Source: Pseudomonadota bacterium
GTDB lineage: Bacteria; Bdellovibrionota_B; Oligoflexia; Oligoflexales; CAIYRB01
Length of the DNA stretch: 13,952 nucleotides
Direction of reading: 5' to 3'
Assembly: GCA_031416315.1 (NCBI GenBank)
Contig: JANOTL010000177.1
Coordinates: forward strand, 1-13,952
The translations under genes and the position numbers were made by a program. Position 1 is the first letter of the stretch. Every line of letters starts with the position of its first letter. Shown one piece after another: positions 1-6,905 of this stretch. The notes under the pieces are model-generated. The model worked only from the letters and a program-made list of their open reading frames with translations. It made no database searches and was not told where the DNA came from.

Positions 1-45
1 CTCATAAGTCCTTGGTTCGGGGTTCAAGTCCCTGTGGGCGGACCA
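1..45 (+). tRNA. 3' half of a tRNA with CAT anticodon, most likely tRNA-Ile2 (lysidine-modified); elongator tRNA-Met not excluded; truncated by the window start
   Basis: Anticodon loop CTCATAA (1-7), 3' anticodon arm GTCCT, variable loop TGGTT, T-arm CGGGG-TTCAAGT-CCCTG (18-34), acceptor 3' strand TGGGCGG, discriminator A42, encoded CCA (43-45). No CCC run in the anticodon arm, so not initiator tRNA. G68/G69 fit the C4-G69/C5-G68 TilS determinants. Confidence 0.92.
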
Positions 46-166
46 TGTCCTAGGCAGGGAAGCGCCTCCCCGGACGCCGAGACCTCCTCGGCGGGCGTCG
101 GTGCGATTGGCGGCGGCGAACCGGCTCTTCCCGGGGCGCGGCTCGGCCGCCCAGGGAACCACGCTT

Positions 167-334
167 CGCCCCTCGGCATCCAGGGACGACGGGCGACCGC
201 TTGCGGTCGACGCGAATGGTTGGCCGACGGCGCTTGCGACCGCCCAGGTCGCGCGGACGGTCGACATGTCGCTAATGCCGGCGCGGAACAAGCCGCGGCG
301 CTTCATCGTGAAGTACGCCGGCGAAGGCGCGCTC
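167..334 (+). pseudogene. Remnant of a large secreted protein of the family often annotated 'cellulose-binding protein'
   Basis: Within ORF 101..421, RPSASRDDGRPLAVDANGWPTALATAQVARTV...RFIVKYAGEGAL resembles, from recall, the N-terminal motif RPW..WDDGRPLDLDxNGWxxSLxxGQxARTL...RYVVLYxGEGTL. Flanks are not protein-like; no RBS or signal peptide. Confidence 0.4.
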
Positions 335-626
335 GTTACGGTTCGTTCCCGCATCTCGAGTTCCAGGGGCAGCCGCGGGCGGAATCGCCCAAATTCGACG
401 CGCTGCTTTTTCAGTTATTGAAGCGGCGCAGGCGATAGCGGGGCCGTGAGCGGGTCATAACTGCTTGGTTTGGATCAGCATGAGCGCCGTACCGTCCGGC
501 AGCGAAAGTAACGCGCGCCACCGACGGCAAGGTCACCGTCGGCCCGTCGACGACCGCCATCGGCACTGGGAAACACAACGCAGAGGCGGTCATCGCCGAC
601 GCGTCAACGTTGCGCGCGTCAGAAGC

Positions 627-935
627 TCAGCTCTTGCCGTCGGCGCCGATCGCGTGCGCGACGTCGGAGACGGCGCCCGTGACGGCCATCTTGACCTTGT
701 CGAGAAGGCTCTTCGACGGCTTGCGACCGGCGGATTTCTTCGACTTTTTCTTCGTGGCCTTCTTGGCAGTCTTCTTCGTCGCGCCCGTCTTCCCGCTGGT
801 GGTCCGTTTCGCTTTCTTCTTGCGGGTCTTCGCCTTCTTGGCGGTGGTCTTCTTACCGGTCGTCTTCTTCTTGCCCGCAGCCTTCTTCGCTGTCGACTTC
901 GTGGCTTTCTTCTTCGCCTTCTTCTTCTTTGCCAT
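627..935 (-). CDS. Lysine-rich histone H1-like (Hc1/Hc2-type) nucleoid protein, 102 aa
   Basis: Start re-assigned to ATG at 935 (MAKKKKAKKK), with GGAG RBS 7 nt upstream. About 37 Lys in 102 aa; K/A/T-rich repeats (KKTAKKATKK); no acidic residue in the first ~78 aa; strong AAG/GCC/ACG codon bias. Confidence 0.85.
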   Translation of the reverse strand: MAKKKKAKKKATKSTAKKAAGKKKTTGKKTTAKKAKTRKKKAKRTTSGKTGATKKTAKKATKKKSKKSAGRKPSKSLLDKVKMAVTGAVSDVAHAIGADGKS

Positions 936-1301
936 GTGAATTCTCCGCAGATGTGGCTCGTTTCGGCACGGCGTCACCGACGCCATGGACTCTGAGGGGC
1001 AACATATCATGTGACGCGCAACTTTTGCGGGTCAGAGTTTGATCTAGTGGATATCCGCATGGGTCATGACGGGTGAATGACGGCCGTAGGCGTCAAATTC
1101 CGATCCTGCCGGCCGAAAGCCGCGGCAGGCTGAAAGGATACTTCAGCATCGCGCCCCACTCGAACTCGCTCCGATCGGTTCGAACGACGCGCACGAAAGG
1201 AAAGAGCCAAAGCGCCGGAATGGCGAGGGTCACTTGGCGCCGCGGCCTCGGATCGCGGCTCCTGCCGCCGCCGGCGCCGAGCTTGCACTCCGAGCCACCC
1301 G

Positions 1302-2417
1302 TCACGACAGGTTCCCTGCCCCTCCCCTATCTTCGCGCTCGAGCCATTCGTAGCCAAACGACAGAAGCAGCTCCACAGCCTTTTCACCGTGCGCCGCGTC
1401 AGCAAGCGCCGCAAGATCTAACCTAATTCGCGCCACCAGCCCGTCCTTCACCAACAGCACGGCCAGGCACCTCGCGCCGCCGAGTTTTGGTTCGACGAGC
1501 TCCCGGTATTCTGATTCGAAGATGCGGAGGCTTGCGCCCGCGAGCGTGGGCTTGCACCTTTCGAACTCCAAGGGACTTTCCGAAAGGAGCTGCGGCGAGA
1601 TCGTCAGCCGGACGTCGTTGGCGAGGAAGTCGTTTTTGTAGGTCGTGGCGATCAGCTCGGCGTCGACACACGTCACGAGAACGGGGCCGGCCTTCGTACT
1701 GAAATGGAAGTAGCCTACAGACCGCCAGGGCGCTTTTCGGACGTCGAAGCGGAAGCGAAAACTGCTCGAAAGTCCGCCTTGCGTTCGGAACCAGAGCTCC
1801 GTCGGGTGCGTTCCGACGTGAACGGGCAGGCCCTCGACCTCGACCTTGCGCGTGCCGAACATCGCCTTCACGAAGGCAATCGTCGCAGTATCCTCCGGCA
1901 GAGGCGCTGCGATGATCGGCTCGTTCGAAACCGTTTGGGGAGGCGCCGAAGCGGCCTTTACAGCGCTCTCGAAGAAGGCAGCCAGAGTCTTCGCATCCTC
2001 GTCATAGGCTTCCGGGGTACTAGCGTTTGCCGCGGAACACAGAACCCGGTGGCCCGGCCGATCCCGCAAGTCGATCAGGTAGATCTCGCCCGAATAGTCG
2101 TCGCCGAGCGGCAGGTACTTCCCGACGAAAAGCGTGGCATCAAGCTTGCCGCCCGACGACGCGGCGACCGTCGACAGGAGATACTCCCAAAGCGTGTCGC
2201 GAGTCAGCCCTTCCAGATGGTCCGGGACATAAGGCCCATGCCAACGCGCTAAAATGCTCTCACCGCCGTTCGCACGGAGGAGGAGCGCCCGCAGGAACGA
2301 AGGCAGCTTGGCCCCGAGCTTCGTCTCGAACAGGTCCAAACGCGGCTTCGCAACGCCCCCAGGGAGATCGCCTCCACTCAAACGCACGACGTCGTCGACT
2401 AGCTGTTGGTCCTGCAT
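1302..2417 (-). CDS. SMI1/KNR4 (SUKH superfamily) immunity-type protein with a long unassigned C-terminal domain, 371 aa
   Basis: N-terminal LDLFETKLGAKLPSFLRALLLRANGG and YLPLGDDYSGEIYLIDL match SUKH/SMI1 motifs (E.xLG.xLPxxY.xxL...NGG; PFAxDxxGxxYxxD). RBS GGGAGAG just upstream of ATG 2417. A Pro/Ala linker (ASAPPQTVSNEP) separates a second domain. Confidence 0.8.
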   Translation of the reverse strand: MQDQQLVDDVVRLSGGDLPGGVAKPRLDLFETKLGAKLPSFLRALLLRANGGESILARWHGPYVPDHLEGLTRDTLWEYLLSTVAASSGGKLDATLFVGKYLPLGDDYSGEIYLIDLRDRPGHRVLCSAANASTPEAYDEDAKTLAAFFESAVKAASAPPQTVSNEPIIAAPLPEDTATIAFVKAMFGTRKVEVEGLPVHVGTHPTELWFRTQGGLSSSFRFRFDVRKAPWRSVGYFHFSTKAGPVLVTCVDAELIATTYKNDFLANDVRLTISPQLLSESPLEFERCKPTLAGASLRIFESEYRELVEPKLGGARCLAVLLVKDGLVARIRLDLAALADAAHGEKAVELLLSFGYEWLEREDRGGAGNLS

Positions 2418-2437
2418 GCGATCTCTCCCGGAAAATC

Positions 2438-2474
2438 AACGAAAAGGGCCGCGGGTTGATCCCCGCGGCCCTTC
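2438..2474 (-). terminator. Rho-independent terminator
   Basis: Perfect 12-bp stem AAGGGCCGCGGG (2444-2455) / CCCGCGGCCCTT (2462-2473) with a 6-nt loop. On the minus strand it ends in TTTTCGTT and lies ~25 nt after the stop of ORF 2498..2899. Confidence 0.8.
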
Positions 2475-2497
2475 GCAGCTTCTCTCGAATCCTTAGC

Positions 2498-2899
2498 TCA
2501 CGGAACCTCTTTCAGATCCTTGAACTGCTGGTTCCCGCCCCGGTGACAGTTCGGGAAGATGTAGGTTGAGAGCGTCTCGAGCGCGCGGACTTTCTTGTCG
2601 CCCGAGCCCTTGCCTAGGTTCAGGATGCCGAGCATGCGCGAGTTCGCTTCCTTGTGGAGCTCCCGGTACGCGCGCACGAAGGCCATCGCGGCCGGGCTCT
2701 CGAGGGGATCGGCGATCCGGATCGTGTAAACCTTCGCGGCGTCGCCCTGGCCGACCTCGAAGTGGACGCGGTTAAACCTTTGGACGTCAAAGTGCTTTGC
2801 CTCGATTCTACATCGATGGTCCCCACTTCGAGGCAAGGCGCCCGGAAGTTCTTGCTGACTGGAATGCGAGGCTTTTCGGAGATTTGGCGAAAATCCCAA
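2498..2899 (-). CDS. Hypothetical protein, possibly a 5'-truncated gene remnant
   Basis: Codons from ~2780 to 2498 have strong GC3 bias and protein-like composition (FEVGQGDAAKVYTIRIADPLESPAAMAFVRAYRELHKE), and a terminator follows. The first ~35 codons are atypical; the TTG start has AGGAG ~13 nt upstream inside a small hairpin. Confidence 0.5.
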   Translation of the reverse strand: MGFSPNLRKASHSSQQELPGALPRSGDHRCRIEAKHFDVQRFNRVHFEVGQGDAAKVYTIRIADPLESPAAMAFVRAYRELHKEANSRMLGILNLGKGSGDKKVRALETLSTYIFPNCHRGGNQQFKDLKEVP

Positions 2900-2982
2900 G
2901 GGAGAGCGCTTCTCCTATGAACGCGCCCGTTTACGCGCGGCTTTGGGGCGCGCGGCTCCTTGTTCCATGATACCAGTGACGC

Positions 2983-4503
2983 ATGAAGAGCCCGAAAATG
3001 CGCCCGCTACCTCCCCAAGGCCCCGCAGCGCTCGAAACCTATGCCGACGTGCTTACGGCCTTGATCGCGGGTGGAAAGAACGCCGATCTCCTGTTCATAC
3101 GGAACGTGCAGGGGGTCGAAGGCCTCTTTCGGACGATGAGCGCGGTGAACGCGACGAAGGAAGGGGCCAGCGACGAGGAGTGGAATCCGCTGTCGCAGCG
3201 GCCGCACAGCCCGCTGCCGGCGACGGCATCCGATGGCCTGGGTCACGAGCTCAGGACCTTGAAAACGGCGGTCGACGCGTTCACGACCTTGGCGCACGAG
3301 ATGATGCACGTCGCGCTTTGGGAGCCTTACTTCATCGGGCGTTGGCGGCCACGCGGCCGGCAGAGTTTCGTCGAGTTCTCGCTGATGGCCGAGGGGTATT
3401 GCTTCTTCTTCAGCGACGTCGTGGTGAGCGGGGCCATCCGCGTGCGTTTGCCGGACGGCGAGTACGCGCTGGAGCGGCGGACGGCGGAGAACGCCTTCTT
3501 TCATCCGGCGCGCGCGTTCCAGGCGCTCGGCATCGAGGATCGCGAAGAAATTTTGGACGTGTATCTGGAGGGGTTCCGCGGCCGCAAGACCCGCCTCTGG
3601 CAGCCGCGCGGCGGCAGCGCTTATGCGGCGTCGCTTGCCGATCAGGTGCATGAATTTTACGACGACACGCTCTTGCCACTGCATGATCTGCATGCGGCGA
3701 TCGAGTCGTTTCAGGGGATCTCGGAGTTTCATCGGCGCTTCTGCCGCATTCCGGGGCTACCGACCTTTCTCGGCGACGCCGCTCCCGACGGGGGGGACTT
3801 CAAGGAATACTTCGCCGAGTTCTATCGGACGGGGCTCACGACGCTCGATGCGCTCGAAGACGTCGCGATCGACCGCATCCGCCAGCGCCGGATGCTGCAG
3901 ATGCGCGCGTACTACGCGCTGCAGGTCCGCTGGCTGCTCGGCGACGGTGTCATGGTCGCGCGCGGACTTCCGGCGGCGGCGCGGCGCAAGGTTCAGACGC
4001 ACGTCGCGAATTACCTGAACGGATTGGAACGCCTGCTAAAGGACCTTGGGAAGCGGGCCGATCCGCTGCCAAAGGAAGCGCTCCAAACACTAGACGCCGC
4101 ATACGACGACCAAGTGAGGGACCGCCTGGTAGCCCACGACGCCTGGGTCGGAAAGCGCTGGATGCTCGTCCCGCGACGCGCGGGTGGATCGATTTGCGTC
4201 GCGGAGCCTCCGACGCTCGAAGGTCGCGAAGCTAGAATCAAGCTTCTGCAGCTCTCGGCCTATCTCGTGAACGAGCTGATGCGACGCGTGCGTACGAGTG
4301 AGACGATTGCGGAACGCGCGGCGCTCATGGAGCAGATCACGAGAATTGCGGCGCTCGGAGCCGATGCAAAGGCGAGCTTCGCGCTTCGACGCCTCGGTAA
4401 GGAGCTGATGCGGCCGCTCGTACGCGGCGTGTGGTCGGTTCCGATGGCGAGCTTCGACCCGGCGGGAAATCAGTTTCGTGAGCTGGTGTTCTCATACCAA
4501 TAG
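2983..4503 (+). CDS. Uncharacterised cytoplasmic HExxH (gluzincin-like) metalloprotein, 506 aa
   Basis: Long ORF with coding-type bias. TTLAHEMMH (H105-H109, nt 3295-3309) followed by MAEGYCFFFSD (E137, nt 3391) as candidate third metal ligand. Helical C-terminal region; no signal peptide. Start may be ATG 2998. Confidence 0.8.
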   Translation: MKSPKMRPLPPQGPAALETYADVLTALIAGGKNADLLFIRNVQGVEGLFRTMSAVNATKEGASDEEWNPLSQRPHSPLPATASDGLGHELRTLKTAVDAFTTLAHEMMHVALWEPYFIGRWRPRGRQSFVEFSLMAEGYCFFFSDVVVSGAIRVRLPDGEYALERRTAENAFFHPARAFQALGIEDREEILDVYLEGFRGRKTRLWQPRGGSAYAASLADQVHEFYDDTLLPLHDLHAAIESFQGISEFHRRFCRIPGLPTFLGDAAPDGGDFKEYFAEFYRTGLTTLDALEDVAIDRIRQRRMLQMRAYYALQVRWLLGDGVMVARGLPAAARRKVQTHVANYLNGLERLLKDLGKRADPLPKEALQTLDAAYDDQVRDRLVAHDAWVGKRWMLVPRRAGGSICVAEPPTLEGREARIKLLQLSAYLVNELMRRVRTSETIAERAALMEQITRIAALGADAKASFALRRLGKELMRPLVRGVWSVPMASFDPAGNQFRELVFSYQ

Positions 4504-4621
4504 CCCGCGAACGTGAGACCGTAACCAATGGAATCTCTTAGAATGATGACATGAAAGCCTACCATCATCGTCGTTTTTTATATATAAGCACGCTCCGACC
4601 CATTCAGGAAAAGAGCGGCCC
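4504..4621 (+). promoter_or_regulatory. AT-rich intergenic region, probable promoter and RBS for the OsmC-YcaO gene
   Basis: TTTTTTATATATAAG tract (4574-4588) in a GC-rich background; AGGAAAAGAG before TTG 4622; ATGATG-N14-CATCAT inverted repeat (4543-4568). Confidence 0.45.
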
Positions 4622-6880
4622 TTGGAAATCAACGTCCGGTTTCTTGAAAACCTAAGACTCGAAGCCAAGTTCGATGACTTCACGGTCACCACGGACCAAC
4701 CCATCCGCTACAAGGGCGACGGCACGGCTCCGAGCCCCTTCGACTATTTCCTCGCCTCTTCGGCGCTCTGCGCCGCCTACTTCGTCCGCGTCTACTGTCT
4801 CGCGCGCAAGATCCCGACCGAAGGGATCCGCCTTTCGCAAAACAACATCATCGACCCGGACGACCGCTACAAGCAGACCTTCCAGATTCAGGTCGAGCTG
4901 CCGGAGCACATTACGGCGGCTGATCGCGACGGCATCCTGCGCTCGATCGATCGATGCACGGTCAAGAAGGTCGTGCAGCGCGGGCCGGAATTCAAGATCG
5001 ACGCCGTCGAGTCTTTGGCCAGCGACGCGGGCTTGATCTACGAAGGCAAGGCGCCGAGCGACTCCGAGACCATGATTCTCGGAAAAGATCTCTCGCTCGA
5101 GCAGACGATCGTCGACATGACGGGCATCCTGTCGTCCCTCGGCATCAAGATCGAGATCGCGTCGTGGCGCAACATCGTCCCGAACGTCTGGTCGGTGCAC
5201 ATTCGCGACGCGGCGTCGCCGATGTGCTTCACCAACGGCAAGGGCGCCTCCAAGGATAGCGCCCTGTGCTCGGCCCTCGGCGAGTACATCGAGCGGATCT
5301 CGTGCAACTACTTCTACAACAGCCACTTCCTCGGCGAGGACATCGCCGAGAAGGACTTCGTCCACTACCCGGAGGAGGTCTGGTTCAAGCCGGGGGCACG
5401 GGACGCTTTACCGAAGGGCCTCTTGGATCCCTTCTGTCTGAAGATCTACAATCCCGACAAGGAGCTGAAGGCCGCGCATCTGATCGACACGAACTCCGGC
5501 CAGACGAAGCGCGGCATCTGCGCTCTGCCTTTCGTGCGGCAGTCGGACAAAGAGACCGTGTACTTTCCGGTGAGCCTCATCGGCAACCTCTTCGTCAGCA
5601 ACGGCATGAGCGCGGGCAACACGATCCCCGAAGCGCAGGTTCAATGCCTCTCCGAGATCTTCGAGCGCGCCGTGAAAAAGCGAATCATCGCCGAAGAAAT
5701 CGCCCTGCCCGATGTCCCGAGGTCCGTCCTGGAACGATTCCCGAAGATCCTCGCGGGCATCACCGAGCTCGAAGCCAAGGGCTTCCCCGTCCTGGTCAAG
5801 GACGCCTCCCTAGGCGGAAAATTTCCCGTCATGTGCGTCACGCTGATGAACCCGAGGACGGGCGGCGTCTTCGCCTCCTTCGGCGCGCATCCGAAATTCG
5901 AGGTGGCGCTCGAGCGCAGCCTCACGGAGCTCCTCCAGGGCCGCAGCTTCGAGGGCCTCAACGACGTCTCGCTGCCGACGTTCAACAGCCTCGCCGTCAC
6001 GGAGCCGAACAACTTCGTCGAGCATTTCATCGACTCGACCGGCGTGATCTCTTGGAAGTTCTTCAGCGAGAAGCACGACCACGAATTCGCGGACTGGGAC
6101 TTCTCCGGAACGACGGCAGAAGAAAGCGCGTACCTCTTCGGCCTCTTGAAGGACCTCGGTAAAGAGGTCTACGTCGCCGTCTACGAACACTTCGGCAGCA
6201 AGGCGTGCCGCATCCTGGTGCCGGGCTTCTCCGAGATCTATCCGATCGAAGACCTAGTCTGGGACAACACCAACAAAGCCCTCGCTTTCAGAGAAGACAT
6301 TCTCAATATTCACTCTTTGGACGACGAAGATCTTCTGGACTTGGTCGAACGCCTGGATGAGCGCCAGCTCGGCAGCTACGAGCTGATCTCCGAGCTCATC
6401 GGCATCGTCTTCGACGAGAACACCGTTTGGGGCCAGCTCAACGTCGGCGAGCTGAAGCTCTTGAGCTACCTGGCGCTCGGGAAGCTCGCCGAGGCGAAAG
6501 AAGAGGTCGAGGAGTTTTTGGCGTTCAACGACAACACCGTCGCCCGCAAGCTGTTCTACCAGGCGGTTAACGCGGTGCTCACCATCTCGCTCGACGAGGC
6601 GCTCGCGATCGAGCACTACGTCCCGAACCTGACGCGGATGTTCGGGGCAGAGGTCCTCCGTGACGCCGTCGGCTCCGTGACCGGCGCGCTCAGGTTCCAC
6701 GGTCTGACGAAGACGAGCATGAACCTCGAAGGTCTAGACAAGCACCAGAGGCTGATCGAGAGCTATCGGAAGCTGCACAAGGCCAGGAGCGTTGCGCCGC
6801 GCGATCTCGCACCGGGTATTAGGCCCGATACCAAAGCAAGAGCTTCTCGATCTCTCACCAGCTCCTTGATACGTTCCTGA
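4622..6880 (+). CDS. OsmC domain / YcaO domain fusion protein (TIGR03549-type), 752 aa
   Basis: N-terminal OsmC/Ohr fold (DQPIRYKGDGTAPSPFDYFLASSALC50 ... RC112TVKK). YcaO domain with TNGKG, SALGEYIER, SNGMSAGN, CLSEIFER, SFGAHP and ERSLTELLQGR motifs. TTG start. Confidence 0.95.
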   Translation: MEINVRFLENLRLEAKFDDFTVTTDQPIRYKGDGTAPSPFDYFLASSALCAAYFVRVYCLARKIPTEGIRLSQNNIIDPDDRYKQTFQIQVELPEHITAADRDGILRSIDRCTVKKVVQRGPEFKIDAVESLASDAGLIYEGKAPSDSETMILGKDLSLEQTIVDMTGILSSLGIKIEIASWRNIVPNVWSVHIRDAASPMCFTNGKGASKDSALCSALGEYIERISCNYFYNSHFLGEDIAEKDFVHYPEEVWFKPGARDALPKGLLDPFCLKIYNPDKELKAAHLIDTNSGQTKRGICALPFVRQSDKETVYFPVSLIGNLFVSNGMSAGNTIPEAQVQCLSEIFERAVKKRIIAEEIALPDVPRSVLERFPKILAGITELEAKGFPVLVKDASLGGKFPVMCVTLMNPRTGGVFASFGAHPKFEVALERSLTELLQGRSFEGLNDVSLPTFNSLAVTEPNNFVEHFIDSTGVISWKFFSEKHDHEFADWDFSGTTAEESAYLFGLLKDLGKEVYVAVYEHFGSKACRILVPGFSEIYPIEDLVWDNTNKALAFREDILNIHSLDDEDLLDLVERLDERQLGSYELISELIGIVFDENTVWGQLNVGELKLLSYLALGKLAEAKEEVEEFLAFNDNTVARKLFYQAVNAVLTISLDEALAIEHYVPNLTRMFGAEVLRDAVGSVTGALRFHGLTKTSMNLEGLDKHQRLIESYRKLHKARSVAPRDLAPGIRPDTKARASRSLTSSLIRS

Positions 6881-6905
6881 GAACGATTTCATCGAGGGAG
6901 CTACC

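Noticed and set aside
465..995. Plus-strand ORFs 465..995 and 610..939 (Phe/Leu-rich, membrane-looking)
   Set aside because: Antisense shadows of the AAG-rich histone-like gene; no RBS.
936..1010. N-terminal extension of the histone-like ORF (MICCPSES...)
   Set aside because: ATG 935 has a good RBS and marks the compositional start.
1093..1305. 70-aa minus ORF overlapping the SMI1 stop (GTGA)
   Set aside because: The overlap suggests coupling, but the sequence has no recognisable motif and weak support; it may be a remnant, not callable.
4528..4554. Mini-ORF MESLRMMT upstream of ycaO as a RiPP precursor or leader peptide
   Set aside because: Too short, no RBS, no leader/core features.
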